DNA of 64,000 bases from Eledone cirrhosa (GCA_964016885.1 OZ024740.1:219728001-219792000), one strand, 5' to 3'. Positions 1 through 13,880 are shown, numbered from the stretch's first letter. A program made the numbers and translations. The notes: a model not told the origin generated them from the letters alone.

Positions 1-126
1 ACTGAAGATCGGTATGTCTTGGTTTATTATAGTCTTCTGTATTTCACTAAGTAGTCATTACTGTCATTATTCTTACATTCTTTGATGTTTAGATCCACTA
101 AAAACAGACAAGACATTCCTTGTGTG

Positions 127-440
127 ATCATCACCAGCCACCATTATCTTCCACCACATTTATTATCATCATCACTAACTTCAACATCATCATCATCACT
201 AACTTCAATATCATCATCACTAACTTCAACATCATCAACAATTACCATTATCATCATCCATCATCATCATCATCATCTCATCCAATATTCTCAACACCAT
301 AATTTCTATTGCCACCATTTTCAATATCTTTATCGTCACTATCTTCCATCACTTTCAACATCCTATTCTTCCTTCTGCTCCTCCTCCTCCTCATCATCAT
401 CATCATCATCATCAACATCATCATTGTCATCATCATTACC
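127..440. repeat. (CAT)n/(CCT)n low-complexity tract
   Basis: Degenerate CAT and CCT triplets; explains the His/Ser/Ile-rich spurious ORFs. Confidence 0.85.
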
Positions 441-545
441 ATCTCCTCCATCAACACTGGAATTTCATCAGTCTCATGTTCCGTACATCATCTTAATAAG
501 TCTATCTAACATTGATACAAGGTCAGTAATTTGGGGGAAGGTGAA

Positions 546-1158
546 TCATCATCATCATCATCACCGTTTTACGTCCGTTCTTCCATGCTAGCATGGGTTA
601 GACGGGTTGTCCTGTTGTGGGCAGTGTCTGGTCGGCTGACCTTGTCTTACTCATACGGCAACTGATTCTGACTTGATTTCTACAGCTGGATGCCCTTCCT
701 AACACCAACCTCATTTACAGTGAGTGCTGGGTGCTTTTTTTCCGTGGTGCCTACACGTCCACTTTACAGTGTGGGCTGGGTGCTTTTTTTGCCGTGGCAC
801 CTCCACGACCACCTTGCGGTGGGGGGTGTGGGGGCATATTGTCTCTATGCTTCAGCTTCGGCTTGTACCCGTGGGAGGTCGGGTCTTCTGTATTACTGCG
901 TCACGGTCGTGTGTCATCGCCTTTGAGATGTGTAATTGGACAAGGTCGGCTTTTATCACCTCATCCCAGGTCATCTTGGGTCTCCCCACTCCGCGGTTTC
1001 CATCGACTTCTAGTGCTCTGCACCTTTTTATGCAGCTGTCATCCTTCATACGCATCACATGTCCATACCAGCGCAACCGCCTCTCCTGCACACAGCATTT
1101 GATTCCTCTTATGCTCAGTCTCTCTCTCAATTCATTTATGCTTTGTCGTTCACGTATA
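546..1158 (-). mobile_element. RTE LINE subfamily B, 5'-truncated 3' end with 3' UTR and (ATG)n tail
   Basis: ORF 852..1130 RRLRWYGHVMRM...RGVGRPKMTW; near-identical to 57360-57975; (CAT)n at 546-562. Confidence 0.92.
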
Positions 1159-1204
1159 TGAATGTCTGTTATATTTGACTGGTACTTTATTTTATCAACC
1201 TGTG

Positions 1205-1610
1205 TGGGGCATGTGGCCTATTAGTAAAGGTGTTGGACTTATAATCATAATGTTGTGGCTTACATTCCTCGACTGGGTTGTTTGTTGTGTTCTTGAGCAA
1301 AACACTTCATTTCATGTTGCTCCAGTATACCAAGCTGAAAATGAGTACCAGCAATAGCTGGGGGTTTAACCCTGTGATGGACTGGCATCCTGCCCAGGGG
1401 GGAGGGGGGGTTTGTTCTCTCAGTCACTTAATGCCATGGAAACTGGGATAAGCCCTGGCCAGGATGAGCCTCTGGGTTTGAGACAGACTTTAACCCTGCG
1501 ATGGATTGGTGTCTTGTCAAGAGGGGGAGTCTTGTACTCTCAGTTACTTAATGCCATGGAAACCGAGATAAGCACTGGCCTGATGAGCCTCTGGCTTGTG
1601 ATAGACTTTT
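1205..1610 (+). mobile_element. Degraded tRNA-derived SINE with duplicated 3' segment
   Basis: A-box-like GTGGCCTATTAGTAAAG; central TTGAGCAAAACACTT...TTGCTCCAG motif as in 26652 and 55437; ACTTAATGCCATGGAAAC occurs twice. Confidence 0.6.
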
Positions 1611-3254
1611 GGGAGATGAAAAGCAAAGACAACCTTAGCAGGATTTGAACTCAGAATGTAGAAACACAAAACTAAATGTTGCAATGCCTTTTTTCAGACA
1701 CCCTACTGAAAATCTACCACCCTAATAATCATCTTAGTAATGAAGAGGCTAATTATTTTATTAAATTCCTCAAAATTTTTAATGATTTTCAAAATAAATT
1801 GAAACACACAGGTAGTATATTTTATTAGAAATATAGTAGTGAAAGGAATTAAACATGTAGAATCATCACCAACATCATTTTATGTATGCTTTTCTATTCT
1901 GGCATGGGTTGGGTGGATCATTACAGATCAAGTCAGTATTTAATCAGAGAAATTATTAAGGCTGCTATAGCTGGAGGCCCTTCCTAATATCAGCCATTGT
2001 GGTGTCAGCATTACAGTTGTTTTCATGGTCTTTCCATGACTGGAAAGCCCTTTATATCTTATTTGGCATTATTTTTATGACTAAATGACCCTCTTAATGC
2101 CAGCCACTTTACAGAGCATAACTAGATATATTTTATAGTAGTTCCAGCACTAGAGAGGTTGTCATATCCATGACATGTTTGAAGTGTTCTTTCTACTAGT
2201 TTTTGTTATGGTTCTTATGGTTGGCTGCTTCTCTTAATGTCAACCAATTCACAGAATGTAAATGGGCACATTTTATAGTGGTTCCAGCAACAAAGAAATG
2301 TTTAGCATAACCGAAGATTCCTCCCTACCTACATTGTTACCATTTAAATGCCAACCATTTTAAAGAGTGTATTGAATCATCACCATCATCATCATCCATT
2401 TTACATCCGAGAACATTTTATATTGGCACCAATACAAGAGAGAATATTTTCTGTAAAGTTTTCCCATATAATATAAATTGACTTACTTTTAACAAAATTT
2501 GTTATGAATTTCAAGCTAGTCTATGATGTAAACTTCCAATGATTTACAACCAGGTGTTTTTCATTAGATAAAGGTGAATCAATAGAAACCAAATTCTATA
2601 AGAACTACTGCTAATAATTTAGTCTACTTAATAAAACATCTTTGTAACGATTATTTTACATTTAACTTGGAGAAACTTATTGATATAGTTAATTGTATTT
2701 TTTGAAATGATAATTCATCTCTATCGTATAAACTGAATTAATGTTCATTGAATGTTGCTAAAGTTACATTGTGGAGAGAATAAAGTAGGAAATAGAAGGA
2801 ATGACACCTATTAGTGTTATATATAAAAAGAATATTGTTGTTTAAATAACATGTCACCTTAAGCATGCCTCTTATAAAAGCACGGTTCTGCATATTTCTC
2901 AACCTCAAGCATTCTTCAGTGTCTCTAAATGAATGCTATTCAAGTGATTGATAATGTGTTAATAATAGAGAAGTCTATGGCTTCTTGTCCATACCTTACA
3001 TCTGTCCTTTGTTCCTTATTGCTGCTATTACACATTATATTTGTTTAACTATTTTATTATGTTTCATATCTGCCACCTCCAATAGAGACATTACTTCTAT
3101 CCAACTATTTCATGTGAATACAACTCTTAATATCATTTAAACCTACAGTGGTAGCTCGACAGAAAATCAGACAAAACTACATTGTACTTACTGATCAAAT
3201 TTTACACCCCTTCTTGAAATTCTTGTTGTTTCTATCTACAGATATATGTTTCTG

Positions 3255-3945
3255 TATAATATGCATACACATAAACACATATGCTCCTTTATATACATAT
3301 ACATACACACACACATATACACACTCACACATACACACAAACACACTCCTTTATATACACATACATATACATACAGGTACACACACTCCTTTATATACAC
3401 ACTCACACATACACACACACATACAGACACACACTCCTTTATATACATATACACACAGGTATACACAGGTACACATTCATACTGCTTTATATATGCATAC
3501 ATATACACACAGGTACACATATACACACACACACACACACACTCCTTTATATTCATATACATACAGGTACACACACACACACACTCCTTTATATTCATAT
3601 GCATATACACACTCTCCAAACCCACTGCCTTATATGCACATACATATACACAATTGCATGCACACACACTCCTTTATATACACACACATACTATCTTAAA
3701 CACACAAGTACACACATGCTCAGTTATATACACAAGTACATATACACGCTACACATACACACACACACACTCTCTCTTTTATATTCATATACATATACTC
3801 ACTGCCCAAACCCACTCCCTTATATGTACATACATATACACAATTACACACACACATACTATCTTATACACACATGCTCCATTATATACACAAGTACATA
3901 TACACACTACACTAATACACTCCCTTATATGCACATACATATAAA
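3255..3945. repeat. Degenerate (CA)/(TA) micro/minisatellite
   Basis: ACACACTCCTTTATATACACAT-like units. Confidence 0.85.
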
Positions 3946-4650
3946 CATTAAAATATACATTTTCAGGTCATATATGAGTGAGAAGAGTAAGTAATTTATT
4001 CCATGGGGATTAGTTTTATGATGCCTCCTTGTGAAAGCCACTACAAAAAAATATTGCAGAACTAAGCGTAGATAATGTGCAGCCAGTGAAAACAATGTGA
4101 TAAGGAACTCAATACCGAGTTGCTAATAGAATCTCTAGAGTACACAAGACTTAATGTGATTCCAGCTGTATCAAAACAACCAACCACATTAACTGAGTTT
4201 CATGGGCTGGTGTGACAGATTGGTGTGAATAGCCTCTGGTTCTAAATCTAATTTCATTTGCTTATTAACTTAGTAATTAGTTCTGAGAGTAAGAGTGAGA
4301 AGATGGTGGAACAATTAAGGAACCAATATCTTTGTTGATGATAAAAATGTTTTCTTTATATTGGAAACATTGACTGCATGGTCTATTGTTATAATTGCTA
4401 TAAGTGTGACACTGATAAGAGGTGCAGTTATGGCTGTGTGGTTAAGAAATTTGTACTGAAACCACATGGTTTTCAGTTCTATCCTATAGTGTGGTATCTT
4501 GAGCAAATGCCTTCTACTAATGCCCTCTCAGTGAAATTGGTAGATGAAACTATATAAAGCCTAGTCTTTTTTCTCTTCTATAAAGCATGAAACTAATAAT
4601 ACTTTTTGTTGTTGTTCTTTGTTGTGTGTGTCTTCTTCTTGACTTGAACT

Positions 4651-4863
4651 ATCATCATCATCATCATCGTCTAATGTCCATCTTCACGCTAGCATGAATA
4701 TGACAGGCTGTCACTTTGTGAGGGATCAGGTCAGGGGACCATGATTCGCTCACACAGAACTGGTTTTGGCTTGGTTTCTATGGCTGGATGCCCTTCCTAA
4801 TGCCAACCACATTTACAGTGTGTGTTGGGTGTCTTTTGTCATGACATCTACACAACCACTTTA

Positions 4864-4899
<36 letters not shown>

Positions 4900-5050
4900 T
4901 CCAGTTCTGATGCCTCAATATAATACACCTAGGCTTCTCAATAAAGTGGTAGTGCTGGCTTGGTTTCTATGGCTGGATGCCCTTCCTAACGCCAACCACA
5001 TTTAAAGTGTGTTGGGTGTTTTTTGTCATGACATCTACACAACCACTTTA

Positions 5051-5084
<34 letters not shown>

Positions 5085-5150
5085 CAGTTTTGATGCCTCA
5101 ATATAATACACCTAGGCCTCTCAATAAAGTGGTAGTGCTGGTGCCACAAT
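4651..5150 (-). mobile_element. RTE 3'-UTR-derived fragment with ~170-bp tandem duplication
   Basis: (CAT)n tail; GGCTGGATGCCCTTCCTAA motif twice; 4787-4955 repeated at 4957-5140. Confidence 0.7.
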
Positions 5151-5567
5151 AAAATATATCCAGTATATGTTGTTAAATGATTGTATATCCAGTATATGTT
5201 GTAAAATATGTACTTTACTTTTTTTTAAAATAGAAAAAGCAAGTCAGAGCTGGCATTGGGAAGGGCATCTGGCTGTTGAATTCTACCTTAAAAAGTCTTG
5301 TCCAACTCATGCCAACATGGAAAAACCATCATCATCGTTTTTATGTCCAATTTTCTATGCTAGCCTGAGTTGAAGGGAATGTTTTGAAACAATGTTTTAT
5401 TGGCAAATGCGATGTCCTTCCTGGCACAAACCCATTTAGTTGCTTCTTACGATATGCAGGGATAACAACATTTATAAATCTAATTGTATTGATGTTGATG
5501 ACTATATGAGAAAATAACAAAAGCAGGGCAGTGGGAGTTCATTGAATCCACTTGCAAGGCATAAGCT

Positions 5568-5775
5568 AGCCCTTTAACATTTACATTACTCTATATTTGC
5601 TATTGCATTTTCATGATAAAGGCTTTGTCTCACATAATATCGAAGCTATGAGATTTTTGATGATATTATTTATTTTGAGAACAATACCTTAACATCAGTA
5701 TGAGTGGTCAGTTACTGCTGGTTTGAAAAGAAAGAGGTGAGAGAATTCTGGCCGGTTTTAATACTAAAGGGTTAA
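5568..5775. mobile_element. piggyBac-like MITE, degraded
   Basis: CCCTTTAACATT ... AATACTAAAGGG-TTAA termini; related to 9351-9583. Confidence 0.55.
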
Positions 5776-6106
5776 ACATAGTTTCATAGATACACAGCAT
5801 TAATTTGAGAGAAAGTTTAGGTATAAATATCAGGTTAGGAGTTGAATGTATTGCTCATTGTTTGGAAGTGAAGCAACTAGACATGAAAATGCCTGTTTAG
5901 CAAGATGTTTGATGGTGATATATGTAGCAGAAGAAGACTGAGGAAATTTGGGGGATGATATAGTAGCTATAACATTTAACATGAGATGGATATATAATTA
6001 TGCAGAGATGTATTATATTGTGTGTATCTGTCCAACATATGGATAAACAAATGGTTACACCAATGCTGTTGCTGATGATGATTATGTAGTGAAGATGCTC
6101 TCTCTT

Positions 6107-6154
<48 letters not shown>

Positions 6155-6426
6155 TAAATATAAATATAAACACAGTTGAAAATTGCAAATTTGACTGTCA
6201 CCACACATTATGAACATGAAGATTTGAAAAGCATGAAAGTACTTGTTCAATTAACACTTAACATTTAATATTCTATCATACTATTTCATTATAATACCAT
6301 TATAAATTTTAAAGGATTGTAAATAAAACGAGTAAATCAGACAAAGTTGGAATTCCTTTTATTAATATAATCTTCTATACACAATCATACACACCCGTGT
6401 ATATCTCTCTATCTATATATCTATAA

Positions 6427-6475
<49 letters not shown>

Positions 6476-6580
6476 GTATATGTGTGTGTGTATGTAAAAC
6501 GTAAACATAAATAACATCACCATCAGTACAGTATATGGAAAGAATATAATAGGTTAACGCTTGAAATAGCAGGAAGAGGG

Positions 6581-6616
6581 TCTTTACGTTTCGGACACTA
6601 GTTCTTCATCAGAAGA
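6581..6616 (-). ncRNA. Minimal type I hammerhead ribozyme motif
   Basis: Minus strand TCTT-CTGATGA-AGAAC TAGT GTCC-GAAAC-GTA-AAGA; stem I TCTT/AAGA; palindromic ACGT stem III. Confidence 0.7.
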
Positions 6617-6896
6617 AAGAATGAGAAATAAGATAGACTGAAAGGACGAGCAAGGTGGAATTGGAAAAAATCTGAGGGACAACGTATATGCTTTACAATA
6701 TATAGTAATGGGATTATATCACACAAAGATTGATTTTTTTTCCTTCTTTGCATTTTGCCAGGTGTGATAACAACATGATCCTCACTATCACCACTCCCAC
6801 CACCACCACCATCATTATTATCATAATTTTACATCTATTTTCTATTCTTGTGTGGGTTGGACATGTCATCATAGTCTGAAGCTAGATGGGTTAGAG

Positions 6897-7073
6897 CAGC
6901 CATGTCAAATTGAGGGCTACATGGGCCACATATGTGTTGTCTGAGGGCTACGTATGACAATTAATTGCGCACATTTAAACTAATAATTTTTATTTTATAT
7001 TACGTTCGCGGTGTAAAAACCTTTGTGTGGGCCACAGGTGTGCTTGTAAAGGGCCGCAAGTTTGACATATCTG
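6897..7073. mobile_element. hAT (Charlie-like) MITE
   Basis: TIRs CAGCCATGTCAAA / TTTGACATATCTG; exact 8-bp TSD GGTTAGAG at 6889-6896 and 7074-7081. Confidence 0.85.
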
Positions 7074-7094
7074 GGTTAGAGAACTATGTGATGC

Positions 7095-8300
7095 TCGTTT
7101 TTGAAGTTTCGACAGGACAGGCTGGCAACAGGCAACTCTCCCAGTGAGGTTCGGTGGTTTCAGCCTCCGATCAGGCTCTACCTGCCTACCTCTCCTCTGT
7201 CTCCTCCTGTCGCACTCTCGTCAGTGAGGTTCTCAGCCAAACGGCCGAATCTGACCTGGCCCCTGAGATGGAACAGAATCTGGCCTACTGGACAGGTGAA
7301 GGCCTCTCTATCCCCCAGTATACTACAGTCAAATGTAACTGGGACAACATCAATTGCAGGTCTTCTATCAGGCAGATCAAATCTGGCTTGGAACAATACT
7401 GCCTCGCCTGCCTCCATTCTGCTTCTCAGCTCAACAGCGGCGCATGGCTCAATTCTGTGCCCCCCTCATCATCCGGTACCTTTCTTGAGGATGAGTGCAC
7501 TCACATCAGAGTAGCTCAACGCCTTGGCCTCCGCATGTGTGAGCCACATAAATGCCCCTGCAGGGTGGTCGTTGACAAGTTCGGCCTGCACCCTCTGTCT
7601 TTCTACCAGAGCGCAGGCCAGTTTCCCCAACAGGCCACTCTCAACAACATACTGAGAAGAAGCCTGGACACAGCTGGCTTTCCATCTCAACTGGAGCCAG
7701 CAGGCCTAGACCGCGGAGATGGCAAGCGCCTCAATGGAACTACCCTCTTCCCATTCGAAGGAGGTAGATCCCTCGTCTGGGATGCCACCTGCTGCGACAC
7801 ATTCTCTGCCTCCACACATTCTCAACACCAAACCCCGGCATCGCAGCCCACCCCGCAGAAGAACGTAAAATAAACAAATGCCGGTGTTTGTCCAGCCGCT
7901 TCCTCTTCAGACCGGTTGCCATCGAGACCTCAGGCATATTTGGATCCCGTACTGTCGAGCTCCTCTGCAAGATCAGAGCGTCAGCAGCCCATCTGAGGAG
8001 GGAGCCCTGCGAGGTTGGGTACTGTTGCAGTGGGTGTCACTGGCCATTGTCCACGGCAATGCTTTTGCCGTCTTGTCTGCGGGGCGCAGCACTTCTGCCC
8101 CCTTGCCCTAGACCCAAAGCCCAATTACCCTCTCCTCTCTTCTGCGACACCAGAGCTTTTGCCACCCTCCCCTTCCCGTTCTTTTTCTTCTTACTTTTTC
8201 TCTTTTTTCTCTATATTTCCCTATTCTTTTTTTCTTTTTTTTTATTATTGCCATTATTATAGTTGTCATTATTATTATTGTTGTTACTGTAAATAAAATG
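7095..8300 (+). mobile_element. CRE-like non-LTR retrotransposon 3' fragment (Zn knuckle + restriction-like endonuclease), frameshifted
   Basis: WQQATLPVRFGG, SGAWLN.VP, CEPHKCPC...D.FGLH.LS, LEPAGLDRGDGKR.NG.T..P...GRSLVWDATC.DT, F.PVAIETSG.FG; AATAAA near 8292. Confidence 0.8.
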
Positions 8301-8511
8301 AAAATACTGAAATATCTTTACAGGGTGTACTGGGTGCATTCTATCATGTGACAGGCACTACTACTTTACAGCATGTACTGGGAGCATTGTATCATGTCAC
8401 TGGCACTACTACTTTACAGAGTGTCCTGGGTGCATCAATACTACCACTAAATTAAAAAAAAAAAAAGAACCAGGAAAATATAAAAAAAAAAATATGTATA
8501 TTATTAATGTA

Positions 8512-8925
8512 TAATGGTTTCTAATTTAGACAAGGCTAACAATTTTAGGGAGAGGGAAAAGTCACTTAAATCAACTCCAGTGTTTTGCTAGTACTTTATT
8601 TTATCAAGATCACAAGATTGATTGACAAAGTTGACTTGGATTGAAACCAGCATATAGAGGGCCATGACAAAATACTGCAATGTATTTCACCCAAAGCACT
8701 AGCAATTCTGCCAAACCACTGCTCTTACCATAATTGTTTCTACTTTAGGCACAAGGCCAGCAATTATCCAGTGCATTACTGGTACTTTATTTTATCGACC
8801 CCGTAAAGATGAAAGGCAAAGTGAACCTCGGCGAGATTTGAACTCAGATCGTAAAGGGACGTAACTATGCTGGAAAGCATGGCACCAACCCTCTACCTAT
8901 ACTGCCAATCCACTGCTCTTACCAT
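8512..8925 (-). mobile_element. Two adjacent tRNA-derived SINE copies (OK-like family)
   Basis: Reverse-complement match to 37672-37862 and same orientation as 52921-53130 (TTTATCGACCCCG...GATTTGAACTCAG). Confidence 0.75.
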
Positions 8926-9350
8926 AATGAAATGAAATCAACTGCATCTGTTCTCCCATTTTTTCAAAAATGCTTTGTACCTAAACAAAAAAATCTAGCA
9001 ATGATAATGATGTGGTGGAAGAGGGATGCTAATGGTTACAATATTATTGGTAGCAGTATGTTTACTTGTGTGTTCAAAGAAAATCAATATAAAGCTTTAA
9101 ATATATAAAGAAAACTAGGTAAACAAACACACTCAGTTTGAATCGAATCATGACTTTCTTTGACTTTCTTTTTATTCCCTTCTCTACAGCAGATAAACTG
9201 AGATGCCATTTCAGCTTTGTTGGAAAAATGGAGTATCTGACCTACTTTTCTTGTTTCCCTTCCAGAACTTCATACATCTTTAATATGATAACAACATGCA
9301 TTTTAAGTCCATTTTCCCTACTAAATTAGTGTTTAGCCAGGGAGTAATGT

Positions 9351-9583
9351 TTAACCCTTTAGCATTTAAACCAGTCATATCCAACCAAAATTCTCTCACC
9401 TACCCCTTTCAGTTCAAACCAGTCATAACCGGCCACTCATACTAACATTAAGGTATTATTTTCAAAATAAATAATATCAAAATCTCATAGATTCGATATT
9501 ATGTGAAATAATTATGTGAGTTAAAGTCTTTTCTGTGAAAATACAATAGTAAATATAAAGTAATGTGAATGCTAAAGGATTAA
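9351..9583. mobile_element. piggyBac-like MITE
   Basis: TTAA-CCCTTTAGCATT ... AATGCTAAAGGA-TTAA. Confidence 0.7.
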
Positions 9584-10032
9584 CATACTTCTCTATTTTA
9601 CCCTGTTAGCTTATCCCTCCCTCACCAACCCCTTGACTTTCATTTCCTACTCTAATATTTTTAGCCATGACTTTTTTGGTCTTCCTTTTTCCACATCCAT
9701 CATTCCTTTCACCTAATCACTTTTATCTATCTTCAACACATGACCCAGCCTTCTCATTCCATTTCTCTTCACAATGTTCATCACTGGTTCTATTCCCCTC
9801 ATCCTCTCACCCAATCACTTTCATCCTTCCTAAATACATGACCCAACCCTCTCATTCCATTTCTTTACACAAGTCCATTACTAATGTTCTGAGTAAAAGC
9901 ATGAACTTCACAACTTGCTCTTTCATAATCTCTTATAACATTTCATCTTAGATATCATCCTGTTTGTTTTTAGATATATTTGTTTCCATAAACTCTGTTT
10001 TCCTTACTCTCTTTCATTTAATCCTCTTCTCC

Positions 10033-10245
10033 TTAACCCTTTTGTTACCATTTTTGTAATGAAAATAATCAAGCATTTGAAATGATTTAGCAATGTAATT
10101 AACTTTGTTTTGGAACAACTTAACAAAGGTTCTTATATAAAATTATGATGGAAAGGTTTTAGATAAATATGAACACTTTAAAATAAGTAGCTTAGTATCA
10201 TAGAACTAGGGGCAATTTCAGGCAGTTTAGTATCAAAAGAGTTAA
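10033..10245. mobile_element. piggyBac-like MITE, second family
   Basis: TTAA-CCCTTTTGTTACCA ... TAGTATCAAAAGAG-TTAA; related remnants near 10470-10720 and 51300-51430. Confidence 0.6.
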
Positions 10246-10844
10246 ACTGTTTCCTTTAACATTTTTTCTGTCAACCTTGTCCTTATTAACCCTTTTTTAT
10301 CTTCAACCCTATTCCTCTAAACCCTTTTTTTCTTTTAACCCTGTCCCTATTAACTCTGTTTCTCTTAACCATATTTCCCCAACCCTGTTTCCCTAACCTT
10401 TTTTCTCTTGTCTCTGTTTCACTTAATCCTATTTTCCTGAACCTTGTTTCCTTTAACCCTCTTTCCATTAACCCTGTCATCCTTTCATGGCCATATTTAT
10501 ATTGAATACATTGTACATGTGTTTCAATTAATTTTGACAATAATCAGGTATTTGGAGAGATTTGTGAAACTAATTAACTTCCTTCATCGTGCTACTGTTT
10601 GGAACATAACATAACTGAAGGTGCTTACATAGATATTTAAGAGCATATTTAAATTTAAATAGAATACTTTAAAAAGGAACAGCTTTGTACCATAAAATCA
10701 GGGGTGGTCTTAGCAAAGCTGGTGTCTGGATATTTAGTTCTCTAGGCTAGCCCTATTATGAGTATCACCTTCTTACAGTTGGGTAATCTGATAAACCTAG
10801 TATTTAACTCTTCTTGTTCTGAATGTAATAAGAAAATTACTAAG

Positions 10845-11175
10845 TTTGTAAAGTGGTCGTGTTGGTGACACAACAAAAAACACCCAGTCCACACTATAAA
10901 GTGGTTGTGTTAGTGTCACGACAAAAACTACCCAGCCTATACTGTAAAGTGATCACTTTGGTGCCACAATAAAAAGCACCCAGTTTACACTGTAAATGTG
11001 ATTGGTGTTAGGAAGGGCGTCCAGCCATAGAAACCAAGCCAGAAACAGTTCTGTATGAGCAAGACACAGTCTCCTGATCTGACTTGTCTCACAACAGGAC
11101 AACTTGTCTAACCCATGCTAGCATGGAAAAATGGATATTAAATGGTGATGATGATGATGATGATGATGATGATGA
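10845..11175 (+). mobile_element. RTE 3'-UTR/tail fragment
   Basis: AAAAGCACCCAG..CACTGTAAAG subrepeats, GGTGTTAGGAAGGGC motif, (GAT)n tail. Confidence 0.75.
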
Positions 11176-11262
11176 CACCCTACACTCAACAATGTCAAAT
11201 CATGTTAAGGTCATAACATCATACAACCCTCTTTACCACTTTGAATATTTCTAGAACGTTGC

Positions 11263-11779
11263 TACGAGGGTGGGTTGAAAAGTTCATAGGCTAACTATGA
11301 AGGAGTAACGGTAGAGCTGTGAAATCTTACATGCATTAATTTTAACTCTTCTTATTAATAACTACATTGTTTCATTCCAGAAACTAGGTTGAAAAATAAA
11401 CCTCATTTGGTAATTCCATGAGAATATCTTGGTCAGCCTATCATTAATTTCAACTCTTATTAATAACTACATTGTTTCATTCTAGAAATTATGTTGAAAA
11501 ATAAATCTCATTTCGTAATTCCATGAGAATATCTTGGTCAGCCTATCATTAATTTCAACTCTTATTAATAACTACATTGTTTCATTCTAGAAATTATGTT
11601 GAAAAATAAACCTCATTTGGTAATTCCATGAGAATATCTTGGTCAGCCTATCATTAATTTCAACTCTTATTAATAACTGCATTGTTTCATTCCAGAAATT
11701 ATGTTGAAAAATAAATCTCATTTGGTCATGCCATGAGAATATCTTGGTCAGCCTATTAATCTTTCAGCCAGCCCTTCTA
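11263..11779. mobile_element. Mariner-type MITE with internal ~105-108-bp tandem repeat (4 units)
   Basis: TA-CGAGGGTGGGTTGAAAAGTTCATAGGC ... GCCTATTAATCTTTCAGCCAGCCCTTC-TA; units start near 11334, 11442, 11547, 11652. Confidence 0.75.
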
Positions 11780-12315
11780 CACCACAAAGATGTTTAGAGA
11801 TCTATTTATTGATCACAGGAAATTATTATATATTTAAGTTAATTATACAAATTTCTATAAAGCTGTGAACCTTTAAGGTTCAGTAATGCACGTTTCTGAG
11901 GTCTGCACTAAAGATAGCTGCCTAGTTAGCTTTATTTATAAGACTGACTGTGGATGTGTGAGGTAGGAGTGTTAGTGCTGTTGTTCTTAGCTGTTCTTAG
12001 TTGTTCTACCAAAAGTGATAACCGAGGTATTATTATTCATCAGAAAGCAATTTTATTGACTGAGACTAAATGATCTGATATTATATTACTACAGCAACTC
12101 TAATCAAACATATAATCACCAATCACATGTAATTACCAATCACATAGAGATGAATGGATACAGTACAGAACAGTAGCCAAATAGAATGTATAAACAAATA
12201 TATATATATGTACATATAGGTGTAGAGGTGCAAGATAAGTGTGTCCATAGGCGGTATGCTGGGTGAGCACTCGATGCTCTTGCAGAGCAGAGTATTAATA
12301 GTATAATATATATAC

Positions 12316-12351
<36 letters not shown>

Positions 12352-12410
12352 TAAGTATTTCTGTAGAAAAGGTAAAGGAAAGAAGAGTGCTCTATGTATA
12401 GTACAGAGCT

Positions 12411-12596
12411 ATTTAATTACATAATAAACAACACAATATAATTATACCATTACTAAAGGTTTCAAGAAACTAGACCATCCTTACATAGACATCCGGCCCG
12501 TTCATCTGATAAACGGGCCGGATGTTTCTGTAAGGATCATCTTAAAACCTTTGGTAATGGAATAATTATATTGTGTTGTTTATTATGTAATTAAAT
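12411..12596. repeat. Fold-back element with degenerate HHR (PLE pLTR-like)
   Basis: ~90-bp arms centred near 12505; CAT-CTGATAA...AAAACCTTTGGTA-ATG. Confidence 0.7.
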
Positions 12597-12788
12597 TTTA
12601 AAAAAATATATATATATATATATGGGGGGTGGGGGTCCAATATGTATGCATATATATATGTTGTCTGTGTGTTTTCATTTGTATGCATGTGTGTATGTAT
12701 ATATATATATATGTGTGTGAGTCCCGGGTTTAATTGCAGGGCGGGAGGGGGACCACAGTAAGTGTAGTTCTCAATACATTAGTAGAGT

Positions 12789-12930
12789 ATATACAAAATT
12801 TAATACAAAAATGGCTTCTACAGGTCTAGAACTGTTTCATTCAAAAGAAATCATCAGGAAAACCCTAATGATTTCTTTTGAATGAAATAGTTCTAGTCCT
12901 GTAGAAGCCATTTTTATATTAAATTATATA
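12789..12930. repeat. Fold-back element carrying a type I HHR (minus 12815-12860)
   Basis: Minus: TTC-CTGATGA-TTTC TTTT GAAT-GAAAC-AG TTCTAGAC CT-GTA-GAA; mutated mirror copy on the plus arm. Confidence 0.8.
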
Positions 12931-13158
12931 AATATATATATATATATTGAAAATTTAGAAGTTCTAACATATTTTTTTTACTATGAAAAATAATCTAACA
13001 AAGTAGGCATAAAAGCCCCTGGATGGAAAAAAGTTGACAGTGTCTCAATCCAGGGGCTTGTGTGCCCAATTTGTTCGACTATTTTTTATCATCAAAAAAA
13101 TGTTTGGTCTAGTCACAGTAAAAAAAATGTAATGGTCTATTTTCTGAAAATAGACCAT

Positions 13159-13232
<74 letters not shown>

Positions 13233-13257
13233 ATGGTCTATTTTCAGAAAATAGATA

Positions 13258-13790
13258 TATATAGAATTCACAAGAATCAAAGCTATGTTCAAAGCATTTA
13301 TTCACTTACAATTGTTTCATCCAGACCTAGGCTTGGAGTCTTCGGAGCATTTTTCAATGTTTGCACATATAATTGACCTCCTTTCCAACGCAAGAGACAT
13401 ACAGATACATATATATATATTGATGTACAGTGGAGTGACATATATTACAATATACTATTTTTGTACAGCAATTCAAATTCATGTATCTGTATGTCTCTTG
13501 CGTCGGAAAGGAGGTCAATTATATGTGCAAACATTGAAAAATGCTCCGAAGACTCCAAGCCTAGGTCTGGATGAAACAATTGTAAGTGAATAAATGCTTT
13601 GAACATAGCTTTGATTCTTGTGAATTCTATATAACTGCTCTGTAGAACAACTGATGTTATTACATTGAGCTATTTATCTTACTGGTAATAAGGTAGTAAT
13701 AAATTACTAACCTTCACTGTTTAAGGTTTAAAATATACATAACTATAAAAAGTTTAATATATACATAACCATAAATAGTATCCTTAATAT
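13258..13790. repeat. Fold-back element with C4-variant HHR on both arms
   Basis: 13258-13410 inverted at 13480-13632; plus 13543-13587 GCT-CCGAAGA-CTCCA..TGGAT-GAAAC-AATT-GTA-AGT; homologous to 46161-46945. Confidence 0.8.
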
Positions 13791-13828
13791 TATATATATA
13801 TGAGTTCATGCATTTGACTTATGTTTCG

Positions 13829-13878
<50 letters not shown>

Positions 13879-13880
<2 letters not shown>

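Noticed and set aside
9150-9300. Possible host exon after a polypyrimidine-AG (similar sites at 6761, 28190, 56928)
   Set aside because: No convincing donor or recognisable peptide; cannot be supported without RNA-seq
10270-10480. Interstitial telomere (TAACCC words)
   Set aside because: Words are separated by pyrimidine-rich spacers; degenerate ~15-bp repeat, not a TTAGGG array
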